Shown here: positions 43,718-58,929 of the stretch, one piece after another
Layout: each line of letters starts with the position of its first letter
Position numbering within the stretch: position 1 is the first letter of the stretch
Assembly: GCA_964016885.1 (NCBI GenBank)
Contig: OZ024746.1
Coordinates: 51,522,001 to 51,586,000 of the forward strand
DNA from: Eledone cirrhosa
Taxonomy: Eukaryota
Direction of reading: 5' to 3'
Length of the DNA stretch: 64,000 nt
Program-made: the position numbers and the translations under genes
Notes under the pieces: model-generated
Databases searched by the model: none
What the model saw: only the letters and a program-made list of their open reading frames with translations
What the model was told of the DNA's origin: nothing

Positions 43718-44327
43718 GTCAGGTCACCAGTTGGTTCTACTGGTAACATGTATTCCAGTACAACCTGTCTCATGGTCGGGTCGTTGGCGACTAAACTGGC
43801 AACCCCACCAAGGTTTCTTGGTGAGGAGGGTGACATTAGACATCCTGCAGGACTAAAAACAAAACCTGTCAAAGGGCAAAAGAGCTCTTAAGAGTCAATG
43901 GCCATCCAAAATCGCCGGGAGAGATGACCCCTTAGCCTTTGTCAAGGCAGAATTCTAGGAGAAGGAAAACTCTGATATAACACCTGCAACCCTGATGGTA
44001 TCCAATGATGTTGACTTGTTCTTCTTTTTGGTAAATATCATCTTGGTTAAGAGAGTGGGACTGGTTTTGTGCAGTGCCTTTGCTCACTATAAAAGCTTCA
44101 CAGCACAGGCATTGCTTTATATCTGGAGATCTCTCTGCACTTGTCGTCACATGGTACCATGAGCCCAGCACTATGTGTCAATAATTGTCACAAGTGTAGT
44201 GTTTGTACCTACCAGAGTTTTCAAGTCGCTGGCTGGACTAAAAAGTCACACTCGTTCAGCACATCGGTAGGGGTTCTCCTACATATAAAGTAGTGGCCGT
44301 ACTCGAAAACGAGTTGGCAGCCACCAT
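43718..44327 (+). mobile_element. Family K copy 4
   Basis: It has the same termini as copy 3 and a 4-bp insertion in the zinc-finger region. Confidence 0.85.
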
Positions 44328-44442
44328 ATGTATATGTATGTATATATATATATATGTGTGTGTGTATATATGTATATATATGTATATGTATATATACATA
44401 TATATATATATAAATATGTATATGTATATATACATATATATA

Positions 44443-44478
<36 letters not shown>

Positions 44479-44480
44479 TG

Positions 44481-44572
<92 letters not shown>

Positions 44573-44574
44573 TG

Positions 44575-44654
<80 letters not shown>

Positions 44655-44656
44655 TG

Positions 44657-44744
<88 letters not shown>

Positions 44745-44761
44745 TATATATAATATACAAT

Positions 44762-45020
44762 GATATTAAATAAATGGAAGCTATATTTATAAAACTATAT
44801 TTATTCAATTATATATATTTCAAGGGTACTAACATTTTGGTACGCCCTCATCAGATAAAATACGAAGTGTGTTTTATAAATTTTGACATAACCAAGGAGA
44901 ATATACCTTAACGGTTCAAGTTATCCTTGGATACTCCAGAAACTGTTGAGTGCTCTGAATCAGTTATAAATATTTATATTTGTTGAATTACCAACAAATT
45001 GAACATCCCTTCTGCTTATA
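44762..45020 (-). mobile_element. Family C element with intact HHR core (TCATCAG at 44848-44854)
   Basis: Minus strand: uuuuau CUGAUGA gggc-guac..guac-ccuu GAAA u-auau-a UA. The 3' strand of stem I is interrupted. Confidence 0.7.
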
Positions 45021-45291
45021 TATAATATATATATGTATGTATATAATATTAATCCCATATTGTGTACAGACTTCTAAATAGGAAAATATGCAAGTGGTTA
45101 TAAATATATATATACATGTGTGTGTCTCACTTCCTCTCTTTTTCTCTCTTTAGTGCGAGAGAGGAAGTGAGTATATGATGTAAAGTATCTCCCAATATTA
45201 TATGCAGGCACACTTATAATTGTGTGTCTACATTTGAATCTGTGAATATGTATATACTTACGTGTACATCACATTTCTGTATATGTTTATA

Positions 45292-45467
<176 letters not shown>

Positions 45468-45481
45468 AATATATATATATA

Positions 45482-45591
<110 letters not shown>

Positions 45592-45733
45592 TATGTAGAT
45601 AAATCTACCAAAAGTTTACGGTAGTGTGTAATCCGTATGAAGAACTCAATGTAATCCGGATATCATGAAAAGAGAAGATGCATTCAAAAACTACTTTCGG
45701 TGAAAAATAAACGGAAAACAGAGTCAAGATAAA

Positions 45734-45838
45734 TTATTAAAAAAATAATGAATAAACAAAGAAACAGTTCCTTATATTAATCATTTTTTGTTTAATATAA
45801 GGAACTGTTTCTTTGTTTATTCATTATTTTTTTAATAA
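45734..45838. repeat. 47-bp-arm palindrome with ~11-nt loop next to (TA)n
   Basis: 45734-45780 is the reverse complement of 45792-45838. Confidence 0.85.
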
Positions 45839-45871
45839 TATATATACATATATATATATACATATATATAT

Positions 45872-45976
<105 letters not shown>

Positions 45977-45986
45977 TATATATATA

Positions 45987-47322
45987 TAAATACAAATTAA
46001 TATACGATAAACACTAATACAAGTATATAAGTGTTTGTATTGCAAATGACCAAGTTAGCTAGATTGAAAAATACTAATTAAATTAATACTGTTTACCTGT
46101 TTCGATTTAAAATAATAAATCAATAAAAACAAACACATATTGGCAATAGCCGTGATACCTGGACAAATTTAAATTTCAAAACTCAAATCTGTTTCGCAAC
46201 AATAAGTGAAAATTCCATTTCTGTGCTCAGCTGCAGGTATCCAGAAAATGGTATGTTTCACTTCAAAATACTTAGGAAGACTGAGAGAAAATGTGTTGTT
46301 GAACGCACATGGTGTCCCAGCGTCTATCCAGTCCTATACCTGTACCGCTAGAAATAGCAGCCGTTTTTATGGGACTAAAAATTGAGCTCAACATATGGAG
46401 CCGATAATACTATGTATAGAGTTATAAACTCAAACAGTCTTTTACAATTAAATAGCTCAAAGAAAGAGATATTTCTGAGCCGTGAAATACAAATTAATAT
46501 ATGATAAACACTAATACAAGTATATAAGTGTTTGTATTGCAAATGACCAAGTTAGCTAGATTGAAAAATACTAATTAAATTAATACAGTTTGTCTGTCTC
46601 GATTTAAAATTATTGATTTATTATTTTAAATCGAGACAGGCAAACTGTATTAATTTAATTAGTATTTTTCAATCTAGCTAACTTGGTCATTTGCAATACA
46701 AACACTTATATACTTGTATTAGTGTTTATCATATATTAATTTGTATTTCACGGCTCAGAAATATCTCTTTCTTTGAGCTATTTAATTGTAAAAGACTGTT
46801 TGAGTTTATAACTCTATATATAGTATTATCGGCTCCATATGTTGAGCTCAATTTTTTAGTCCCATAAAAACGGCTGCTATTTCTAGCGGCACGAGTATAG
46901 GATTGACTAGACGCTGGGACACCATATGCGTTCAACAACCCATTTTCTCTCAGTCATCCTAAGTATTTTGAAGTGAAACATACCAATTTCTGGATACCTG
47001 CAGCTGAGCACAGAAATGGAATTTTCACTTATTGTTGCGAAACAGATTTGAGTTTTGAAATTTAAATTTGTCCAGGTATCACGGCTATTGCCAATAAGGG
47101 TTTGTTTTTATTGATTTATTATTTTAAATCGAGACAGGCAAACTGTATTAATTTAATTAGTATTTTTCAATCTAGCTAACTTGGTCATTTGCAATACAAA
47201 CACTTATATACTTGTATTAGTGTTTATCATATATTAATTTGAATTTCACGGCTCAGAAATATCGCTTCCTTTGAGCTATTTAATTGTAAAAGACTGTTTG
47301 AGTTTATAACTCTATATATAGT
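45987..47322. mobile_element. Family N: inverted pair of partial tandem dimers of a ~498-bp unit
   Basis: A direct repeat lies at 45987-46113 and 46485-46610. The sequence from 46611 to 47322 is the reverse complement of about 1.4 units. Both flanks are TA. Confidence 0.85.
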
Positions 47323-47357
47323 ATATATATATGTATATAAATTTATATATACATATA

Positions 47358-47395
<38 letters not shown>

Positions 47396-47400
47396 TGGAC

Positions 47401-47431
<31 letters not shown>

Positions 47432-47433
47432 CA

Positions 47434-47471
<38 letters not shown>

Positions 47472-47479
47472 TGTACATG

Positions 47480-47519
<40 letters not shown>

Positions 47520-47777
47520 TATGTACATATATATATACATATATGTACATATATATATATATACATATATGTACATATATATATATATAAATATATGTAC
47601 ATATACATATATACACATATATGTACATATATATGTATATATACATATATATATAAACATATATATGTTCACATATATGTACATATATATGTATATATAC
47701 ATATATATATACATATATGTACACACACATATATATATATAAATATATATATATACATATATATATATAGGTATATA

Positions 47778-47811
<34 letters not shown>

Positions 47812-47861
47812 CATATATGTACACACACATATATATATACATATATATATATAGGTATATA

Positions 47862-47971
<110 letters not shown>

Positions 47972-48206
47972 CATATATATGTATATATTCATAAAGACAC
48001 ATATACAGACATGTATATACGTATGTATGTGTTTGTGTGGATGTGTGTGTTTATGAGTGTAATTCCAGTCAAAGTGCTCAATCATTTCAGGCAAATTTCA
48101 GTGAACTACTGAGGCATGAAATGTACGTAAGTTCTAATGCACACGTGCTGCCTCTATTTATCTGTAAGTGTAAGTGTGTGAGAGTCTGGTGACCTGATAA
48201 TGTGTG

Positions 48207-48237
<31 letters not shown>

Positions 48238-48535
48238 TGTGAGGAAGAGAATCAGATATGTATATACATACATACACCACACAAACACATACACATGTAT
48301 ATCTATATATCTATATATACTATATATATACTATATAATACATCCAAAGTGTGAACCTATATATATATACTATATAATATCCCTCTGTATACAGTTATAA
48401 ATATATATATATATATATATATACATATATATACACATACACACAGAGATATATATATGTGTGTGGGGTGTGTGTATATATATATATGTGTGTGGGTGTA
48501 TATATATATATGAGTGTGTGTGTATATATATATAT

Positions 48536-48659
<124 letters not shown>

Positions 48660-50395
48660 CAGTGTGGTTTAGATGTTCGCTTTGCAAGCACTTCGTTCAA
48701 ACTGTGGCACTTTGGTCAAGTGACCTCTATGATAACCTGGAATCGACCAATCGATATTTTCTCATATGTATATATATATATATCCTTTTTCTATTTTATT
48801 TTCTAATCTATCTACTTGTACTCTCTTGACGAAGGGCTAAAATCCGATACGTTGAACTTCTTTTCTGTCTTTCATCCAAAGTGTGAACCTATATATATAT
48901 ATATATATAAATATATATACATACATATATAAATATATATATAAGCGCGTGTTTGTCTGTGTGTCTCTCATAATACATATATAAAATGTATGAAAAGGGA
49001 AAATTTCATTTGCGACGTGGCATATGTGGCTTTACGATTACATTTAATACTCTTTTACAATGGATACATTTGCCGTCACATCATAACCAAACAACCAAAC
49101 ATCACGGCCGTTTTTAGTCTTTTATTAGGAGTTCTCTCCTCATTTACACAGATTCCTGGCTTATTTCACCATAAGGAACATTGGCTGAGTGGCTTTTACC
49201 ATAGTCTGGGTCAACCAATGCCATGTGCATGGGATTTGGTCGACAGAAACTGTGAGGAAGCCCATAGGTTTCCATTCATAAGTGAGAAACTTAATTATTC
49301 ATCTATGTTAACAGTGGACCTTGAGGGCCTTTAAAGCAAATTTAGTAAGAAATCTGTCTATGTTATGAAGCCAGAACTCTCACAAGGTTTGGTTGTATTT
49401 ATTTACGTCAGGCCAACATTCTTCAAGCAGATCTTGGGCCCTCTATCATTCAGATGATGAGCCGTATCATTCAGGAGGCTGACTAGGTTGAAGCCTGGTG
49501 GTCGAGCGGCTTTTTTCTTTTTTTTGCTGTAGATGAGTGTAAATTGAAATTCCATAGAGGGCCCCAAATACTTGAAAGACAAGGGGCCCGCCCATGGGTT
49601 AATACAACCATGCAGACATATAATCAGCTTATAACATGTATTCCGTTTATACTGTAGGATTACAAATTCCAACATGGCCATTCGTGTTTAAGACGGGTAT
49701 GTAGTTGATTTGATAATGATAGTTGTTGTTTAGCCCCAGGTGAACCTTATTCAAGCAGACACGTTCCAGTTGTTACCATCCCGTCTTTTACTTAGAATTA
49801 CATTCTCAAACGTGGCTTTTCATTTTTAAGACGGTGGGGGTTTCATTTGAAGGAGATTTGACTGCTTTTCCTATCAAGTCGAGCGATTTCACAGACGTTC
49901 CCTCCTTGTCTCATGAAGAAATTGGTTCAGACAGCTGGATTAAAGCTTACTGTATATATTTTTTAAAGCAAGCAATAAGTCAACTATAGTTGATGTTTTT
50001 CACTCTTAGTTGCAAGGCTTGTTTATTTATTCACTAAACATCTATTTTATTGTCGCATTACCAAAGACTGGTGTCTTTGAATTGGAATCTAACAAGCACA
50101 TTTCTGGCAATAACGTCTGGTAATTCCTTTCGGGCCTTCAGGTCTTCAAGTCTTTGGCTTTTTACTTTTTAGATAAAGTTAGAGGAAATTGTAGGATGAA
50201 AAACAGTTGTTTTTTTTTCTATATGAAAATATCAAAAACAGACTGACATTGCAACATGTATATATGTATGTATGTGTGTGTGTCTTTATGTATGTATGTA
50301 TGTATGTATGCATGTATGCATGTATGTATTTGTGTATGTATGTATGTATATATGTATGTATATATGTATGTATGTACGTTACGTACGTATGTATG

Positions 50396-51155
50396 TTTCT
50401 CTTTCTCTTAATTTCGAGTACATTTTTGACCGGCCACCTTCCTGGTGGCAAGGTTGTAAAAGAAAAGAAATTGTCAGCCCTTGAATCGCAAGAATGTTTT
50501 GCAAATTTTGAAGGCGCCAGCTATCGCAGCCATTTGTAGTCTATGAATCAGGGAGCTGCGTTCTTTGTTCACAAATCCAAGTTCAGTCATACTTTGGTCC
50601 AAGCGGGCTGGTAGCTCCAATAATAATCGGTATGGAGCTGAAGGTGTATCTTGGATACTGGATCTGCAAACTCCTCATCAATGGTCCGTAGATGTCCTCC
50701 TTCTCCTGTATTTTTCTTACATTCATACATACATATATGTAAGTTTGTATGAATGTATGTATTTATGTATGTACGTTATCTCTTTCTCTTAATTTCGAGT
50801 ATATCTTTTTGACCGGCCACCTTCCTGGTGGCAAGGTTGTAAAAGAAAAGAAATTGTCAGCCCTTGAATCGCAAGAATGTTTTGCAAATTTTGAAGGTAC
50901 CAGCTATCGCAGCCATTTGTAGACTATGAATTAGGGAGCTACGCTCTTTGTCTGCAAATCCAAGTTCAGTCATACTTTGGTCCAAGCGGGTTGGTATATA
51001 ACCCGTAGCTCCAATAATGATGGGTATGAAGCTAAAGGTGTATCTTGAATACTGGATTTGTAAACTCCTCAACAATGGTCCGTAGATGTCCTCTTTCTCC
51101 TGTATTTTTCTGACAACGTTTACATCAAGTGGGCAGCTGATCTCCACAACAGAAC
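50396..51155 (-). mobile_element. Two tandem 3' fragments of an RLE-type LINE (R4/Dong-like) in (TATG)n
   Basis: EISCPLDVNVVRKIQEKEDIYGPLLRSLQ..PIIIGATGYIP..KICKTFL resembles the C-terminus of a restriction-like endonuclease. Copies lie at 50396-50717 and 50779-51155. Confidence 0.75.
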
Positions 51156-51179
51156 ACGTATGTATGTATGAATATATGT

Positions 51180-51430
51180 ATAAGAAAGAGTTGGCAGAAA
51201 TACCGAATGGAAGACAGCGAGTTTGACTTTTACACCTACTTCCCTTCTTCTGACCACCGAACGATGGACCTGGTGCATTGCTGCACTGTCTCCTGCAATT
51301 CTTGCCCTTAATTCAACCCTCTGCTTTCTCTCACTCGCGAGCAAGGCTCCAAGATACTCAAGCCTTTCCACCTGCTTCAGTGGCACTCCCCTCGCGTGTA
51401 GAGTGCACGGTGAAGGCTTCCTTGCATCGA
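51180..51430 (-). mobile_element. RTE-clade LINE internal fragment
   Basis: LKQVERLEYLG..ELRARI..VKLAVFHSVFLPTLSY matches the RT thumb region. Confidence 0.8.
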
Positions 51431-51498
51431 TAAATACATACATGTACACACCCATGAACACACACACATATATATACATACATATATACATATATATA

Positions 51499-51678
51499 TA
51501 GGAAAATGTTTGACCCCAACGGCAGAGCTCAAGCCGTTTCGACGGCTATTTCTGGACTGATTCCAGAAATAGCCGTCGAAACGGCGTGAGCTCTGCCGTC
51601 GGGGTCAAACATTTTCCTATTACACACTCTACTACCCTAAGTATTGAGTACTCTGGTGCACTATGGTCCATCTGGTTC
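51499..51678 (+). mobile_element. Family E fold-back element
   Basis: ~58-bp inverted arms surround the loop CTGAT, followed by the shared body. Confidence 0.85.
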
Positions 51679-51684
51679 ATTATC

Positions 51685-52310
<626 letters not shown>

Positions 52311-52744
52311 CAATGATTTCTTTATTAACCACAAAGGGTTTACCCCAAGAAAAATGTTATGACAGTACATGATGAAAACATAGAGTGTGTGTGTGTGTGT
52401 ATATGTTGGTGTGTGGCTTTTGCGTGTAAACACATTTTCACAATGTTAAAAAAATAACAATAAGATTAAAACAAAGAAGGAACCTCAATAGGGAGGAGAT
52501 GTTTGAGGGTCATTCGTGGAAAATCTCCCATAAAACCGCGGCTGCCTTGATCTTTAGGATAAATGCCCTGTCCCAGTTGTACGCCTCCAATCTATAGGCT
52601 CACCCTCAGAACGGGCCCATTCACTCGGGTCATGCTTCCTTCTCTCCTTACCATAATAATAAAATTGATAATAATAATAATAATCACCGTCATCACTAAA
52701 ATCAACACCGTAATCGCCAACGTCACAACCACCTTCACTTCTAT

Positions 52745-52907
52745 ACTACTGTTGCTGCTGCCACTACTACTACTGCTGCTGCTACTAGTACTACTACTAC
52801 TACTGCTACTGCTGCTGCTACTACTACTACTACTGCTGCAGCTGCTGCTGCTACTACTACTGCTACTACTACTGCTACTACTGCTGCTGCTACTACTGCT
52901 ACTGCTG

Positions 52908-52972
<65 letters not shown>

Positions 52973-52999
52973 GCTGATGCTACTACTACTAATGCTGCA

Positions 53000-53087
<88 letters not shown>

Positions 53088-53116
53088 TTACTACTACTAC
53101 TACTACTGCTGCTGCA

Positions 53117-53195
<79 letters not shown>

Positions 53196-53224
53196 TTACT
53201 ACTACTACTACTACTGCTGCTGCA

Positions 53225-53292
<68 letters not shown>
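52745..53292. repeat. (CTA/CTG)n trinucleotide array
   Basis: Read directly. Confidence 0.95.
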
Positions 53293-53349
53293 ATACCGAC
53301 ATCCTTATTGCTCATCTATAGTTCTACAATTGGCCAACCAACCACAGAG

Positions 53350-53757
53350 CACCACTCGGTATGGGGGCCCACCACACGGTATGGGGGCCCACCACTAGGT
53401 ATGGGGCCGCACCACTAGGTTTTTTTTTGGGGGGGCACCACTCGGTATGGGGGCGCACCACTTCATATGGGCTCGCACCACTCGATATGGAGCCGCACCA
53501 CTCGGTATGTGGGCCTACCACTCGGTATGAAGTCGCACCACTCGGTATGTCGGCCTACCACTCGGTATGAAGTCGCACCACTCGGTATGGGGCCGTACCA
53601 CTCGGTATGGGGCCGTACCACTCGGTATGGGGGCCCACCACTCGGTATGAGGTCGCAGCACTCGGTATGGAGCCGCACCACTCGGTATGGGGCCGCACCA
53701 CTCGGTATGGGGGCCGCACCACTCGGTATGAAGTCGCACCACTCGGTATGGGGGCGC
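53350..53757. repeat. 20-bp GC-rich minisatellite (CACCACTCGGTATGGGGCCG)n
   Basis: About 20 units with a variable 6-7 nt segment. Confidence 0.9.
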
Positions 53758-53904
53758 TTCGACATAACTGCACCCATTATACAACTGCTTCCCTCATACC
53801 CGTCTGATTCTCACAATTTCCCATCTCATAATACACCAACCAGCTACCAGGCTAAACATCCACCCTGAAGACACCCTGACATAACATAACTGCTAGCTTC
53901 CTTT

Positions 53905-54485
53905 TTATTACACACACAGACATAGACACCAACTATCACTGACACACACTCTCATACATATACAGATACTCATACAGAGACACAGTTATACATACAAACA
54001 TTCATACACTTGCACGCACACAAACACACGCAGAGAAGCATGCATAGACACATGCATACACACAAACACACACAGACACATGCACGCATACAAGTACACA
54101 CACAAACACACATAGACACATGTACACGCACACATATACACACAGACACATAGACACATGCACGCACACATACACACACAAAAATGCATAGACACACACA
54201 CACATAGACACATGCGCACATGCATACACACGCATACACAAACAAACATGCATAGACACATGTACACACACATACACACACACTTAAAGAGACATAGCCA
54301 CGCGCACAACACATATAGACACATGCTCTCACACACACACACAGAAACATGCATAGACATATGCACGCACACAAACTCACAAACTCACAAACACACATAG
54401 ATACATACACACACACGCACATAGACACACACAGTCACACAGTCACACACAAACACACACACACACACACACACACATACAGACA
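53905..54485. repeat. Degenerate (CA)-rich array
   Basis: Read directly. Confidence 0.85.
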
Positions 54486-54630
54486 TGTCATTTAACAGTG
54501 GCTCCCTCTAGCGAGGCCACCAACCACTCCTGTAATTTTTCCTTTGAACCACACAACATATTTTTTTCCATTTATGACTGCCTAATGTACTTATTTCAGT
54601 AATGTTTCTATGATGTTATAGTGTAACTGC

Positions 54631-54682
<52 letters not shown>

Positions 54683-55033
54683 TTATCTATTTGTATTTGT
54701 CCCCTTCTTTTGTGCCCCTGTGGCTAATAAAGAACATATCTATCTATCTATCTATCTAAAGAAACATATCTATCTATCTATCTATATATCTATCTATCTA
54801 TTTATCTATTTATCTTTGTTATTTTATTATATATAGTTTATTGTTATTTATTAATGTTAAAGTTATATGATTTTTATGTAAAACTCCCGCCGTCACGTCT
54901 TGTAATGTCCCATTTTTGTACGCCCTTGTGGCAAATAAAGAAGATATCTATCTATCTGTCTGTCTGTCTCTCTGTCTATCTATCCATATATCTATCTATC
55001 TATCTATCTATCTATCTGACTCAGCATATATAA

Positions 55034-55079
<46 letters not shown>

Positions 55080-55402
55080 GTGTGTGTGTGTGCATATATA
55101 TATATATGTGTACATATGTATGCATATATATATATATATCATATATATATATATGTATGTATACATACATATATATATATATATGTGTGTGTGTGTGTAT
55201 GTATGTGTGTCTGTGTGAATGTGTGCAGTGATATACGTATTCTATGTATTAAAGGGAATCAGAAGTACATCACCCCCCTCACCCCACGCACCTGCTTCCT
55301 CCGTTATTCTTGTTTTCCCTGTTCTGCACATACAGACACACTCACATACAAACATACATATATGGTTTTATAAATATAGTCTCCATTTGTTAATATATCG
55401 TA

Positions 55403-55438
<36 letters not shown>

Positions 55439-55465
55439 ATATATATGTATGGATATATATATATT

Positions 55466-55535
<70 letters not shown>

Positions 55536-55564
55536 TATATACATACATACAAATATATGTATGG

Positions 55565-55641
<77 letters not shown>

Positions 55642-55654
55642 CAAATATATGTAT

Positions 55655-55714
<60 letters not shown>

Positions 55715-55732
55715 TATCCATACATATATTTG

Positions 55733-55768
<36 letters not shown>

Positions 55769-55781
55769 CAAATATATGTAT

Positions 55782-55878
<97 letters not shown>

Positions 55879-56005
55879 ATATTCCTACGGACAATGTGTA
55901 GGCTTCTACATAACCTGGACGTTATTTTCCCAATTTGTAGAAAACTTATAATGAAACTATGTATGTATACGTACATACATATATGTATACAGACGTACAG
56001 TAGCA

Positions 56006-56051
<46 letters not shown>

Positions 56052-56200
56052 CAGGTACATATATATATATGTACGTATCAGTTTAGCGGACGTTTATTAT
56101 AACGCCCGCTTTGTCCGTTTGTAAACAAGCGGACAGCCTGATTTATGCCGTACGGTGTTAAGGCAACCACGTCACCTTTTTGTTCAACACTGACACAGGA

Positions 56201-56243
56201 ACGATGTACTAGTTTCAAGCTTCTTAGCTATCATCAGCACCGT
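56201..56243 (-). ncRNA. Minimal type-I hammerhead
   Basis: Mirror of 56318-56360. Confidence 0.85.
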
Positions 56244-56317
56244 ATACACTTCTGCCAGATAGTTGAACGTTTGAAAGTATATACTTTCAAACGTTCAACT
56301 ATCTGGCAGAAGTGTAT

Positions 56318-56360
56318 ACGGTGCTGATGATAGCTAAGAAGCTTGAAACTAGTACATCGT
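56318..56360 (+). ncRNA. Minimal type-I hammerhead
   Basis: ACGGUG CUGAUGA u-agcu-aaga-agcu-u GAAA c-ua-g UA CAUCGU. The core is intact and stem III is the palindromic CUAG. Confidence 0.85.
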
Positions 56361-56851
56361 TCCTGTGTCAGTGTTGAACAAAAAGGTAACGTGGTAGCCT
56401 TAACACCGTACGGCATAAATCAGGCTGTCCGCTTGTTTACAAACGGACAAAGCGGGCGTTATAATAAACGTCCGCTAAACTGATACGTACATATATATAT
56501 GTGTACCTGTATGTATTTATATATATATATATATATGCATGCTACTGTACGTCTGTATACATATATGTATGTACGTATACATACATACTTACATTTAAGT
56601 AAGTGCCGTACTAAGAGTGAGAAATGAAATTTCGTTTCATTATATTACAACTTATAATGAAACAATTATTTGGAAAGAGAGATGTATTTTAATTATGTCT
56701 CATATAAAATAATACAACTGGCTATCCGCAAAATACGTATAGTTAGCACCCCAAACGTAAAATTGGGATTATACTAAGGTATATCCTAATGTTTGTTGAG
56801 TGAGACGGAAGTCGGTCGGAGTATTGCTTAAAGCTTTCTCTGTTAATGTAT

Positions 56852-56891
<40 letters not shown>

Positions 56892-56893
<2 letters not shown>

Positions 56894-57310
56894 TGGTAAA
56901 CGGAATAGAAAATGCTGACAAATTGTTCACAGTTGAAAAATGGTTTAATTAGGAATAAAAGAGTATTAGTGATTGTATGGGTTAGTATTCTGTTGTGGTT
57001 TTAAGTTTTTAAGTTTTTACCGGTTGTGCATTTCTAAATGCTTTTCAAAAATAATTTTGAGATAGAGTGTCCGTGCTGTTTGCTCTGATCAGAGCAAACA
57101 GCACGGACACTCTATCTCAAAATTATTTTTGAAAAGCATTTAGAAATGCACAACCGGTAAAAACTTAAAAACTTAAAACCACAACAGAATACTAACCCAT
57201 ACAATCACTAATACTCTTTTATTCCTAATTAAACCATTTTTCAACTGTGAACAATTTGTCAGCATTTTCTATTCCGTTTACCAATTGTGTGTTACACCTC
57301 TATTCTTTTA
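56892..57310. mobile_element. Family A spacer-less palindrome (~195-bp arms, centre CTCTGA|TCAGAG)
   Basis: 56892-57088 is the reverse complement of 57089-57285. Confidence 0.9.
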
Positions 57311-57387
57311 ACTATATATATATATATTTCCTGTTCAAATTTTCCATTATATATATATATATATATACATAATACAAATATATGTAT

Positions 57388-57450
<63 letters not shown>

Positions 57451-57488
57451 TATATTTATATAGATATACATATTTATATATATATATA

Positions 57489-57687
57489 TAGGAACGAGTA
57501 GGACCCCGACGGCTGAGCTCAAGCCGTTTCGACGGCTAATTCTGGACTTCCAGAATTAGCCGTCGAAACGCCTTGAGCTCAGTCGTCGGGGTCCTACTCG
57601 TTCCTATTACCCATTCTACTACTCTAAGTATTGAGTACTTTGGTGTGTTATGGTCCACCTGGTTCCTTACCACATTTCCTTCGTTAT
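57489..57687 (+). mobile_element. Family E fold-back element
   Basis: Inverted arms around TCTGGA-CT-TCCAGA plus the shared body. A further fragment lies at 58559-58618. Confidence 0.85.
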
Positions 57688-58004
57688 ATATATATATATA
57701 TATATTTGTATATACATACACACAGATATGTGAATTTATATACGTACATGCACTCCATCTATATCTATATTTATTTACCTATATATCTACATTAATACAT
57801 ACATATATGTGTGTGTGCATATATATATATATAGTATATATATATATATACACACACACACATACATGCACATATAGTCTTCACATTCATTATTTGATAT
57901 ATATACACACACACACATATATATATATATGCATACATATCTACACATATATTATACCTAAACACATAGCCAGAGACAAAATATGACATAAGATTTGAGA
58001 GAGA

Positions 58005-58069
<65 letters not shown>

Positions 58070-58484
58070 GGGGAGAGAGAGAGAGAGAGCAGCCAGCAGT
58101 AAATCAGACACCATATCAACACAGCTGTGCTTCAGCTGTTCACCCTTAACCTAAAAGTAGATAGAAAAAACAAAAACACTCGAAACGACAAAACGAAATA
58201 GCAGAAAAATGTTTAAAATATACAATAACAAAGTAAATAAATAGATAGATAAATAAATACATAAACCCCCAAAATTTGAAACGAAAAGAAAAACCAAGGG
58301 GAAAGAAATTTGGAATGGAAAGAATATGTATGTATATGTGTGTATATGTGTATATGTGTATATGTGTATGTATGTATATATATATGTATATATGTATATA
58401 TGTGTGTGTGTATGTGTATATGTATATATATTATATATACATAAATATATATTTATATATATATATGTATCTGGAATATATATG

Positions 58485-58560
<76 letters not shown>

Positions 58561-58645
58561 GGAAAAAGTATGACCCCGACGGCAGAGCTCGAGCCGTTAA
58601 GACGGCTATTTCTGGATTTGTTATATATATATATATATATACACA

Positions 58646-58857
<212 letters not shown>

Positions 58858-58929
58858 ATATAGAAATGGCTTCTACAGGAATAGAACCTTTTTATTCGAA
58901 GCAAATCATCAAGAAAGCTCCTGAGACGA

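Larger units (their letters stand above)
55962..56586. mobile_element. Spacer-less palindrome centred at 56280/56281 with two divergent hammerheads
   Basis: The arms are reverse complements with a few substitutions. The right flank 56535-56640 is repeated at 59210-59315. Confidence 0.9.

Noticed and set aside
52563-53321. Poly-Leu/Ser/Val ORFs
   Set aside because: They are translations of the (CTA/CTG)n trinucleotide repeat.
53350-53757. CRISPR-like repeat/spacer pattern
   Set aside because: The variable part is only 6-7 nt and recurs, the context is eukaryotic and there are no cas genes. It is a minisatellite.
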